Source: an uncultured Clostridia bacterium
GTDB lineage: Bacteria; Bacillota; Clostridia; Lachnospirales; CAMZNU01
Direction: 5' to 3'
NCBI GenBank assembly: GCA_947313885.1
Contig: CAMZNU010000002.1
Span: forward strand, 4,321 to 68,320
Length of the DNA stretch: 64,000 nucleotides
The stretch's first letter is position 1. The number at the start of each line of letters is the position of its first letter. The notes beneath the pieces are model-generated. The model was given only the letters and a program-made list of their open reading frames with translations. It was not told the origin of the DNA and ran no database searches. The position numbers and the translations under genes are program-made. Of this stretch, positions 27,686 to 36,954 are shown one piece after another.

Positions 27686-28759
27686 ATGATAGTATCGATA
27701 ATTATATTTTCGCTAGTAATATTAGTTCATGAGTTTGGTCATTTTTATGTAGCGAAAAAGTGTGGCGTGCATGTTGAAGAGTTTGCGATGGGAATGGGAC
27801 GTATAATATTTAAAAAGCAAGGTAAAGAAACTTTATATACTTTGAGAATGTTTCCAATAGGTGGATTTTGTAGAATGCGAGGAGAAGATGAAAATGAGAC
27901 AGAAATAGTAGACGGATCGTTTAATTCAGCAAATGTGTATAGAAGGATAATGATAATAGTTGCTGGGGTTATAAGTAATGTATTACTTGCGATAGTTGGA
28001 TTTACGATAGTTACATTTTATATGGGAACGACTACACTAAAAATTGATAAAACTATAGATGGTTTTCCGATAGAAATGGCGGGACTAAAAAAAGGCGATG
28101 AAATTAAAACATTAAATGGTAAAAAGCTATTAAATTTTAACGATTTAAACTTGAGAATATCAAAGTTAGGCAATAGTGGTGAAAGAAGTGTAAAAATAAA
28201 ATATATAGAAAACGAATCCAAAACAAAAAAAGAGACTACTTTAAATTTGAAATTAGATAAAGAAAGTAATAGATACATTATGGGATTCATACCAGAGTAT
28301 TTAAATGGCAATCTTAATAAGATAGAAGATAATAATATAGGAATGATTAAAAGTATTGACGAAGGATTTAAGTCATCAGCTTTTTACACCAAATATACGA
28401 TATTAGGGTTTAAAGATTTAGTAACCATGAATTTAAAAAAAGATGATTTAGCAGGACCGATAGGCATAGTTAGTGAAATAAGCAATGTATATGATGAAAG
28501 TGTTAAAGTTGGTGGGTTATCATTAGGGGTATTAAGTACAATAAGCTTTGTAGCAATAATAAGTATAAATATAGCGGTATTTAATTTATTACCAATGCCA
28601 GCGTTAGATGGCGGTAGATTAGTATTTTTAATTATAGAGTTAATAGCAGGAAAACAAGTTCCACAAGATAAAGAAGGGCTTATACATTTTATAGGATTTG
28701 TATTTTTGATTTTGTTGGCAGTATATGTTGCATTTAATGACATAATAAAATTATTTTAA
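27686..28759 (+). CDS. rseP: Site-2 (RIP) zinc metalloprotease RseP/RasP
   Basis: 357 aa with HEFGHF, a central PDZ-like region and NLLPMPALDGG. Confidence 0.9.
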   Translation: MIVSIIIFSLVILVHEFGHFYVAKKCGVHVEEFAMGMGRIIFKKQGKETLYTLRMFPIGGFCRMRGEDENETEIVDGSFNSANVYRRIMIIVAGVISNVLLAIVGFTIVTFYMGTTTLKIDKTIDGFPIEMAGLKKGDEIKTLNGKKLLNFNDLNLRISKLGNSGERSVKIKYIENESKTKKETTLNLKLDKESNRYIMGFIPEYLNGNLNKIEDNNIGMIKSIDEGFKSSAFYTKYTILGFKDLVTMNLKKDDLAGPIGIVSEISNVYDESVKVGGLSLGVLSTISFVAIISINIAVFNLLPMPALDGGRLVFLIIELIAGKQVPQDKEGLIHFIGFVFLILLAVYVAFNDIIKLF

Positions 28760-28829
28760 TTAAAACTGTGATCAATGTGTGAGATGAAATAGAAACAAAG
28801 AAGTAACTTTGAAAAAACAGGAGAAAAAA

Positions 28830-30926
28830 ATGGAAGAAGAAATATTAAAAATTTTTAGAGAAGATGAAACATTGAAATTAATGCCATCACAGTTAGCAAC
28901 TAAATTAAATGTAAAAACAAATGAGGAATTCAACAAAGTTATAAAAGAGCTAGGGGCAATGGGAAAAATAGTAATAAGCAAAAAAGGTAAAATAATTTTA
29001 GCGTCTACGGTAGGAATATATCAAGGTGTGCTACAAAGCAACAGCAATGGGTTCGGATTTGTAATAATCGAAGATGAGGAAAATGATATTTTTGTACCAG
29101 CTAGACACTTAAAAGGAGCTATGCACAAAGATGTAGTAATATGCAAAGTTACAAAGGTTAGAAAAAACGGCAAAAAAAGAGAAGGAGAAATAGTTAAAGT
29201 ATTAGAGCAAGGAAAGAAAATATTAGTGGGTACTTTTCAAAAAAATAAAAGTTTTGGATTTGTAATACCAGATGACAGTAAATTTTCAAAAGATATATTT
29301 GTAGCTAAAAAGCATTGTAAAGGTGCGATAACAGGTCATAAGGTGGTAGTAGAAATTGTAAAATCACCAGAAAAAGGTAGCAAACCAGAAGGAATAATTA
29401 AAAGTATATTAGGACACTTAAATGATCCAGGGGTAGATATATTATCTATTGTGCATGATTTAGAAATACCTATAGATTTCCCAAAAGAAGTGTTAGAGGA
29501 AGTAGAGAAAATTGATGATGTAGTAGATAGTAGTAAATATTTAGATAGAACAGACATGCGTGATGTTAAGATGGTTACAATAGATGGCGAAGATGCGAAG
29601 GATTTAGATGATGCAATACATATCAAAAAATTAGAAAATGGTAACTATGAGCTAGGAGTTCACATTGCAGATGTAACTAACTATGTAACAGAAGGTAGCC
29701 ATTTAGATAAAGAGGCAATAAGAAGAGGAACAAGTGTATATTTAGTAGATAGAGTTATACCGATGTTACCACATAAATTATCAAATGGAGTATGTTCATT
29801 AAATGCAGGAGTGGATAGGTTAGCACTTAGCTGTAACATGACAATAGATAAAACAGGTAAAGTAACATCGCACAAAATATATAAATCATTAATAAAAATT
29901 GATAAAAGAATGAGTTATACAGAAGTTAGCGATATATTAACTAACGATAAGTCGGAAATTTTAGAAGAAAATAAAGAATTTGTAAATATGTTTAAAGATA
30001 TGGAACATTTACGAAATATATTAAAAATAAAAAGAGATGATAGAGGTTCAATAGATTTTGATTTTCCAGAAGCTAAAATTATAGTTGATGAAAAAGGTAA
30101 ACCGATAGATATAAAAATTTATGAGAGAAACATAGCAACTAGTATAATAGAAGAATTTATGTTGCTTTGTAACGAAACAGTAGCAGAGGAATTTTATTGG
30201 TTAGGTGTGCCGTTTGTATTTAGAACACATAGCGAACCAGATTCAGAAAATATTGAAAGGTTAAAAGAATTTGTACAAGGTTTTGGATATTACATAAAAG
30301 GTAAAAGTAAACATTCTAAGTCATTACAAACATTGTTAAAAGAAATAAAGGGTAAAGAAGAGGAAAGCGTCATAAGTAGAATAACGTTGAGGAGTATGAA
30401 GCAGGCAAGATATACACCATCTAACGATGGTCATTTTGGACTAGCATCAAAATATTATACACATTTCACGTCACCGATAAGAAGATATCCAGATTTACAA
30501 ATTCATAGAATTATAAAATACGTAATAGAGAAAAAATTTAGCGATGAGAAAAAAGAGAAACTAGACAATGTTATAAGCGATATATGTTTAAGTTGTTCAA
30601 CTAGAGAGAGACGTGCGGAGCAAGCGGAAAGAGAAACGAACAAATTAAAAAAAGTTGAATACATGGTAGACAAAATAGGAGAAAAATTTGAAGGTGTAGT
30701 AAGTTCTATTACATCATGGGGAATATATGTAGAGTTAGAAAACACAGTAGAGGGTATGGTTAGTATAAACTCTATGATAGATGACACCTATGTATATGAT
30801 AGTGATAATATGAAATATTTTGGAACAGAAACAAATAGGGAATATACACTAGGTAAAAAGGTAACTATTAGAGTTGCTAAAGCAAATATAAAAGAAAGAA
30901 CGTTGGATTTTGATTTTGTATTATAA
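28830..30926 (+). CDS. rnr: Ribonuclease R
   Basis: N-terminal HTH/OB domains, an RNB catalytic domain (DGEDAKDLDDAIH) and a C-terminal S1 domain. I place the start at ATG 28830, after an aggag RBS. The listed TTG at 28809 has no RBS. Confidence 0.9.
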   Translation: MEEEILKIFREDETLKLMPSQLATKLNVKTNEEFNKVIKELGAMGKIVISKKGKIILASTVGIYQGVLQSNSNGFGFVIIEDEENDIFVPARHLKGAMHKDVVICKVTKVRKNGKKREGEIVKVLEQGKKILVGTFQKNKSFGFVIPDDSKFSKDIFVAKKHCKGAITGHKVVVEIVKSPEKGSKPEGIIKSILGHLNDPGVDILSIVHDLEIPIDFPKEVLEEVEKIDDVVDSSKYLDRTDMRDVKMVTIDGEDAKDLDDAIHIKKLENGNYELGVHIADVTNYVTEGSHLDKEAIRRGTSVYLVDRVIPMLPHKLSNGVCSLNAGVDRLALSCNMTIDKTGKVTSHKIYKSLIKIDKRMSYTEVSDILTNDKSEILEENKEFVNMFKDMEHLRNILKIKRDDRGSIDFDFPEAKIIVDEKGKPIDIKIYERNIATSIIEEFMLLCNETVAEEFYWLGVPFVFRTHSEPDSENIERLKEFVQGFGYYIKGKSKHSKSLQTLLKEIKGKEEESVISRITLRSMKQARYTPSNDGHFGLASKYYTHFTSPIRRYPDLQIHRIIKYVIEKKFSDEKKEKLDNVISDICLSCSTRERRAEQAERETNKLKKVEYMVDKIGEKFEGVVSSITSWGIYVELENTVEGMVSINSMIDDTYVYDSDNMKYFGTETNREYTLGKKVTIRVAKANIKERTLDFDFVL

Positions 30927-30979
30927 TGGTGAATAAGTTATTAAAGTATATAAATATTATTTAATGAGAGGGAAAATAT

Positions 30980-32968
30980 ATGAAAAACATAAATGAATTA
31001 ACAACAGATACGTTAAGATTTTTAAGTATAGAGGCTATACAAAAAGCAAACTCTGGGCATCCAGGATTACCATTAGGAGCAGCACCTACGACTTGTACTT
31101 TATGGAGTAAACATTTAAAACACAATCCGAAAAACCCTAATTGGGAAAATAGAGATAGATTTATATTATCAGCAGGTCATGGATCAGCTTTATTATATTC
31201 AATGTTGCATGTATTTGGATATGACTTATCTATTGAAGATTTAAAAAACTTTAGACAAATAGATAGTAAAACGGCAGGACATCCAGAATATAAACATACG
31301 GTAGGCGTAGAAGTTACTACAGGTCCATTAGGGCAAGGGATAGCAAATGCGGTAGGTATGGCAATAGCAGAAAAACATTTAGGAGCAAAATTTAATAAAG
31401 ATGGATATGACATAGTAGATCATAATACTTATGTATTATGTGGCGATGGTTGTTTAATGGAAGGAATTTCAGGAGAAGCTAGTTCATTAGCAGGAACATT
31501 AGGTTTAGGTAAATTAATATTGCTGTATGATTCAAATAAAATAACTATAGAGGGAAGTACAGATATAGCATTTAGAGAAGATGTGAAAAAACGCTATAAA
31601 GCATATAATTGGGAAGTTATAACTGTTGACGATGGAAATGATATTGAGGAAATAAATAAAGCTATCACAGAAGCAAAATCAAATTTAAATCAGCCGACAT
31701 TAATAGAAATAAAAACAGAAATAGGATTTGGGTCACCAAAAGTAGGTACAGCTGGAGCGCATGGTTCGCCTTTAAATTTAGAAGATATACAACTTACAAA
31801 AGATAAATTAGGATGGGAAAGTAAGGAGTCATTTCATGTACCCAATGAAGTAAAGTCACATGTAGAAAAATTATTAATAGAGCAAAATAAAGAAGAACAA
31901 AAATGGAATGAATTAATGGAATCATATAAAAAGAACCATAAAGAAACGTATGATGAACTAGTTAAATGGTATGCAAATGAACCATGTAAGACTATGTTAG
32001 ATAGCGATGAGTTTTGGAATTTCAAAGAAACATTAGCTACAAGAATAGCATCAGAAAAAGTATTAAATAGGATTTGTAGTTTTGTACCAAACTTAATAGG
32101 TGGGTCGGCCGATTTAGCGCCTAGTACAAAATCGGAAATGGCGGGAAAGGAATATTTTTCAAAAGAGGATAGTAGAGGAAGTAATATACATTTTGGAATT
32201 CGTGAACATGCTATGGGTGCAATTTCAAATGGTATAGCATTACACGGAGGATTAAGAACATACAATGCAGGATTTTTTGTGTTTGCCGATTATATGAAAC
32301 CAGCTATGCGATTATCAGCATTAATGGATTTACCAGTGATAAATATATTAACTCATGACAGTATAGGAGTTGGTGAGGATGGACCTACTCACCAACCAGT
32401 TGAGCAATTAACGATGTTAAGAAGCATGCCAAATTATACAGTAGTAAGACCGTGTGATAGTACAGAGACGGTAGCTAGTTGGTATTTAGCATTAACAAGA
32501 AAGTCGCCAACAGGGATAGTATTATCAAGACAAAATTTAACGTCATTAAAAGAAACATCAAAAGAAGCTATAAAAGGTGGATACGTATTAAAGGATTGTA
32601 ATGGAACACCAGATTTAATATTAATTGCATCAGGATCAGAAGTAGAACTAATATATAATGTAGCAACTAAATTAAATGATGAAGGTATAAAAACAAGAGT
32701 TGTAAGTATGCTTTCAATGGAAGTATATGAAGAACAAGATGAGCAATATAAGGAAAGCGTATTACCAAAATCAGTTATAAATAGAGTCGCTGTCGAGGCA
32801 GGTGCTACGTTACCATGGTATAAATATGTTGGTTTATCAGGAAAAGTTATAGGCATAGACACATTTGGAGCATCAGCACCAGCAAATGAATTATTTAAGA
32901 AATTTGAAATTACAGAAGAAAATATAATAGAAGTAAGTAGAAAGATAATAAAAAATAATAAAAAATAA
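30980..32968 (+). CDS. tkt: Transketolase
   Basis: 662 aa with GHPG, the TPP motif GDGCLMEG, and THDSIGVGEDGPTHQP. Confidence 0.93.
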   Translation: MKNINELTTDTLRFLSIEAIQKANSGHPGLPLGAAPTTCTLWSKHLKHNPKNPNWENRDRFILSAGHGSALLYSMLHVFGYDLSIEDLKNFRQIDSKTAGHPEYKHTVGVEVTTGPLGQGIANAVGMAIAEKHLGAKFNKDGYDIVDHNTYVLCGDGCLMEGISGEASSLAGTLGLGKLILLYDSNKITIEGSTDIAFREDVKKRYKAYNWEVITVDDGNDIEEINKAITEAKSNLNQPTLIEIKTEIGFGSPKVGTAGAHGSPLNLEDIQLTKDKLGWESKESFHVPNEVKSHVEKLLIEQNKEEQKWNELMESYKKNHKETYDELVKWYANEPCKTMLDSDEFWNFKETLATRIASEKVLNRICSFVPNLIGGSADLAPSTKSEMAGKEYFSKEDSRGSNIHFGIREHAMGAISNGIALHGGLRTYNAGFFVFADYMKPAMRLSALMDLPVINILTHDSIGVGEDGPTHQPVEQLTMLRSMPNYTVVRPCDSTETVASWYLALTRKSPTGIVLSRQNLTSLKETSKEAIKGGYVLKDCNGTPDLILIASGSEVELIYNVATKLNDEGIKTRVVSMLSMEVYEEQDEQYKESVLPKSVINRVAVEAGATLPWYKYVGLSGKVIGIDTFGASAPANELFKKFEITEENIIEVSRKIIKNNKK

Positions 32969-32969
32969 T

Positions 32970-33011
32970 ATGTAAAAACCCACTTTTATTAAAAAAAGTG
33001 GGTTTTTACAT
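32970..33011. terminator. Bidirectional terminator between the convergent tkt gene and the 33020-33445(-) gene
   Basis: atgtaaaaacccactttt / aaaagtgggtttttacat gives an 18-bp perfect stem with A/T runs on both sides. Confidence 0.8.
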
Positions 33012-33019
33012 ATGTATAA

Positions 33020-33445
33020 TTATTTAATTATTATTGCTTTACTCAATGCATCATCAACAGCCGTTAATAATATTTTAGTAGTTTCAATAGAAATTGCCGA
33101 AGTTTCAACAGAAGTACTTTGGTTTCTAATAATACTTTCAGAAAGTGCAACCATAGTAGGCTTTAACAATGGGTAGAAAACTTCTTGGGTTTCGTTTAGA
33201 TCTAGTAATAGCACATCTAATATTTCATATTCATCAACTACAACTACTACATTAATTTTAGAGTCGTTTAAAATGATTTCCGAAGTATATTCTCCTGGTA
33301 TGTATTTTGAGCTTTGTACTTCTTGATCATTTTTTGGTAAAAACATAAAAATGATAAATAATAATATTATAAGTCCTGTCACAAATAAAACAGTTGATCT
33401 AATAATATCCTTTAATGAGAAAACCATTATTTTAGTGTTTTTCAT
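33020..33445 (-). CDS. Membrane-anchored hypothetical protein with a distant FMN_bind-like ectodomain
   Basis: 141 aa with one N-terminal TM segment (VLFVTGLIILLFIIFMF). The ectodomain layout (Y.PGEY...INVVVVVD...ILDV...NET...II..QS..V...) resembles FMN_bind domains. The [ST]GA[ST] flavinylation motif is absent; the equivalent region reads ETSAISIETT. Confidence 0.35.
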   Translation of the reverse strand: MKNTKIMVFSLKDIIRSTVLFVTGLIILLFIIFMFLPKNDQEVQSSKYIPGEYTSEIILNDSKINVVVVVDEYEILDVLLLDLNETQEVFYPLLKPTMVALSESIIRNQSTSVETSAISIETTKILLTAVDDALSKAIIIK

Positions 33446-33551
33446 TTGTTACCTCCTTTTGTATATATGTTAATATAATATTACTTATAAATAAAAATTA
33501 TGATACAATTAAAAATAAAAATAAAAATAAAATTATTTTAGAATAAAAGAG

Positions 33552-36500
33552 GTGACCGTTATTTTACAATTTATATTAGGAAGTATTGGAAATGGCAAAA
33601 CAACATATTGTATAGAAGAAGCATATAAACGTAAAAACAAAAAGTTAAAAAGTTTAATAATAACACCAGATCAATTTGTGTTAGAAAGTGAAAAAAAAAT
33701 AATTAAATACACAAAGGAAAGAGGCATATTAGATATTGAAGTATTAGGGTTTAATAGGCTAGCACAAAGAATAATAGCTACCAGTAGCTTATCCAATAAA
33801 ACAATTTTAGATAGTACTACTAAAATAATGTTAATAAAAAAGATAATCATTGAAAATGAAAATAGATTACAATATTATTCTAATTCAGCAGATAAACAAG
33901 GATTTATTGAAAAAATAAGTAACATAATAAAAGAGTTTTATGAAAATGACGTAACAGAAAAAAAAATAGCACGTACAATAAAAGAATTGGTTAAGGAAAA
34001 AAATAATAACGTACTGTTAAAAAAAATAGAAGATATAAATTTAATTATAAGATGTTATAAAGAGTTTCTAGAAGAAAATTATATTGATGAAGATAATTTA
34101 TTAAATGTTTTGAATAAAATAATAAAAGAAGATGAAACGTTAAAAAACACAAGAGTATTTATAGATGGGTTTATTAATTGCAATAGATCACAAATAAAAA
34201 TAATAGGAAATCTTTTAAATATATGTGAAAAAGTAGTTATTACATTGCCTCTTAGTAAAGTACAAATAGAAAATACAATAACTAAACTTGATCCATATTA
34301 CGAACCCAAAAAAATGTATATGGAAATAATGAAGCTAGCCCATGAAAATGAAGTAAATATTGATACGGAAATAGTATTAGAAAACAAAACTAAATATAGT
34401 AAAGAAATAGATCATATTAGAGCAAATTACTTAAAAGTAAATCACATAGAAGAATTTAATTTTAATGAAAACATTAAGATAATTGAAGAAGAAGATAAGT
34501 TTGAAGAGGCAAAAGCTATAGGAAGAGAAGTAATATATTTAGTGAAAAATGAAGGATATAGATTTAAAGATATTGTAATTATAACAGGCGAAATAACAGA
34601 ATATGAAACAGTTATTAAAAGTGTATTTAAAAATTATAATATTCCAATTTTTGTAGATACTAAAAAACCGTTACACGTACATCCGTCTGTAGAAATTATT
34701 TTAGGAATATTAGATGTATGCATATCTAATTATTCATATGAAAGTATTTTTAGAATATTGAAGACGGGAATACTAGATTTTACAGAAGAGGAAGTTAATA
34801 TATTAGAGACATATGTATTAGCGACAGGTATGACAGGATATAAATGGGGGTTCGATGAATGGACTTTTGAATTAAAAAATGAACGTTTTGATTTAGAGGT
34901 TATTAACGATCTAAAAAATAGGTTTAGAAATGGCATTGTACCATTTACAAGCAAGTTCACATATAAAACAAAAAGCACAGTAAAAGAATTTTCAACGTAC
35001 ATAATTGAAGTTTTAAAAAATTTAAAAGTAGGAGAAAGGGTTTTAGCATTAAGCAATGAAGAAAACAATTATGATAAAATTTGGAAACAATTAATGGAAG
35101 TATTAAATAAAACAGTAGAGGTACTAGGAGGATCAGAAGTAACAACAATAGAATATAAAAAGCTATTAGAGTCAGGATTTTTAAGTGCAAATGTAGGGAT
35201 AATACCAGCAGGTCAAGATGAAATTATTTTAGGAAATATATCACGCACACAAATAGACGTTAAAAAGTGCTTAATCGTATTGGGATGTAACTTCGGAAAT
35301 ATTCCATTAGTAAATAAAGATGATACCTTATTAATAGATAGAGATATAGATACTATAAATAAAACAGGATATGAAATTTTAAATAATTCTAAGACAAAAG
35401 TGTTGGGGCAGAACTTATTACTTTATAGGATGCTATTAAAAAGTAGTAAAAATATAATTTTAACGTATTCAAGAAATACAGTTGCAGGTAAGGAGCTTTT
35501 AGCATCAGAACTTGTATTAAAAATACAAAAGATGTTTAACATAAAAATAAATGAGAATAAAGTATTGGCTAACGATGAAAATTTAGACTTGTTAAATATA
35601 ATTATTAAACTTAAAGATAATATAGAATTGAGTACTAAGGAAAAAAATTTAATAAATTATTATGAAAGAAATGAGCATAATAAAAACCTGTTAAATATAA
35701 TAAAAAAATCTTCGGCGCTACATAAAAAAAGAGAGGTTCTAAGCCCCGAGATAGTAAATAAAATATATAGTGATGAAATAGCGTCTAGCGTAACTAAATT
35801 AGAAAAATATGCTTTATGCCCATTTGCATATTTCATGAAATATAATTTAAATGTAGATGAACGTAAAATATATGAAGTGAGACATTTAGAATTTGGAAAT
35901 GTTTTGCATAATATATTAGACGACTTTATAACACAAATGAATGTACTAGGCAATGTATACGGAGATGTTACAAAAGAATATATAAGTGAATTTACAAAAG
36001 ATCATATGGAAAAAATAATCAAAGAGAATAAACATAATGTTTTTAATGATAATGAAAAAAATAAATATTTATTAAGTAGGATAAGTAGAATTGCAAAAAG
36101 ATCAATATGGGCATTAGTTGCGCATATAAATAGCGGGGAGTTTATACCATATAAATCAGAATTTTCTTTTTCGCGGAATCAAAGTCTAAAGGGTATAGAA
36201 TTTGATCTAGGAGATAATAAAAAAATTATCATTTCGGGTAAAGTTGATAGAATTGATATTTTGAAAACTGATGGCGAAAAATATTTCAAAATAATAGATT
36301 ATAAACTATCGGCTAAAAAAATAGATTTAAAAGATGTCTACAAAGGTGTAGAGTTACAACTTATAACATATTTAAATATTTTAATAGAGAACGTGGAAGG
36401 AATTAACGTAGATATTAAGAACCAAAATAAAGCAGGTGGAGTTTTTTACTTCACATTACAAGATCCATTATTAAGTAGTGATAAATTAGGGAGTGAAATT

Positions 36501-36953
36501 ATTAACGCTTTAAAATCAGAGGATGCGGGCATTGTAGAAGGTGAGGTTGACAAAGAAATATTGAAAGAGTTCAAAATGACAGGGCTTGTAAATGAAGATA
36601 AGGAAATTATAAAACATATAGATAATAGTGGAAATAAAAAATCTGATATTATACCGATAGCATTTAAAAAAGATGGTGAAATAAGTGCAGTTAGTCGCAG
36701 AAATGCGTTAAGTAATGAAGAATTTGATTTATTAAGAAATCATTGTACAAAAAAAATAGTTGAGATAGGCAAAAAAATGACAAATGGTGATATTTCAATA
36801 TCACCGTTAAAGAGAGATACAAAAACGTCATGTGATTTTTGTTTATATAAAGGAATATGCTTGATAGACATAGTAGACGAAAATAAAAGATATACGTCAA
36901 TAGAGAAACTAAGTAAAGAAGAAATATTTAAAAGAATTTTGGAGGAACAATAG
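33552..36953 (+). CDS. addB: Helicase-nuclease AddAB subunit B (AddB/RexB)
   Basis: 1133 aa with a GTG start. It has the N-terminal Walker A GSIGNGKTT, the C-terminal PD-(D/E)xK nuclease region (GKVDRIDIL...IIDYK), and Fe-S cysteines (LCPFAYF ... SCDFCLYKGIC). Confidence 0.85.
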   Translation: MTVILQFILGSIGNGKTTYCIEEAYKRKNKKLKSLIITPDQFVLESEKKIIKYTKERGILDIEVLGFNRLAQRIIATSSLSNKTILDSTTKIMLIKKIIIENENRLQYYSNSADKQGFIEKISNIIKEFYENDVTEKKIARTIKELVKEKNNNVLLKKIEDINLIIRCYKEFLEENYIDEDNLLNVLNKIIKEDETLKNTRVFIDGFINCNRSQIKIIGNLLNICEKVVITLPLSKVQIENTITKLDPYYEPKKMYMEIMKLAHENEVNIDTEIVLENKTKYSKEIDHIRANYLKVNHIEEFNFNENIKIIEEEDKFEEAKAIGREVIYLVKNEGYRFKDIVIITGEITEYETVIKSVFKNYNIPIFVDTKKPLHVHPSVEIILGILDVCISNYSYESIFRILKTGILDFTEEEVNILETYVLATGMTGYKWGFDEWTFELKNERFDLEVINDLKNRFRNGIVPFTSKFTYKTKSTVKEFSTYIIEVLKNLKVGERVLALSNEENNYDKIWKQLMEVLNKTVEVLGGSEVTTIEYKKLLESGFLSANVGIIPAGQDEIILGNISRTQIDVKKCLIVLGCNFGNIPLVNKDDTLLIDRDIDTINKTGYEILNNSKTKVLGQNLLLYRMLLKSSKNIILTYSRNTVAGKELLASELVLKIQKMFNIKINENKVLANDENLDLLNIIIKLKDNIELSTKEKNLINYYERNEHNKNLLNIIKKSSALHKKREVLSPEIVNKIYSDEIASSVTKLEKYALCPFAYFMKYNLNVDERKIYEVRHLEFGNVLHNILDDFITQMNVLGNVYGDVTKEYISEFTKDHMEKIIKENKHNVFNDNEKNKYLLSRISRIAKRSIWALVAHINSGEFIPYKSEFSFSRNQSLKGIEFDLGDNKKIIISGKVDRIDILKTDGEKYFKIIDYKLSAKKIDLKDVYKGVELQLITYLNILIENVEGINVDIKNQNKAGGVFYFTLQDPLLSSDKLGSEIINALKSEDAGIVEGEVDKEILKEFKMTGLVNEDKEIIKHIDNSGNKKSDIIPIAFKKDGEISAVSRRNALSNEEFDLLRNHCTKKIVEIGKKMTNGDISISPLKRDTKTSCDFCLYKGICLIDIVDENKRYTSIEKLSKEEIFKRILEEQ

Positions 36954-36954
36954 T

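Noticed and set aside
33511-33532. aaaaat/aaaata tandem repeat in the divergent promoter region between the 33020-33445(-) gene and addB.
   Set aside because: It is a simple low-complexity A-tract of the kind expected in AT-rich intergenic DNA. At most it contributes curved promoter DNA.
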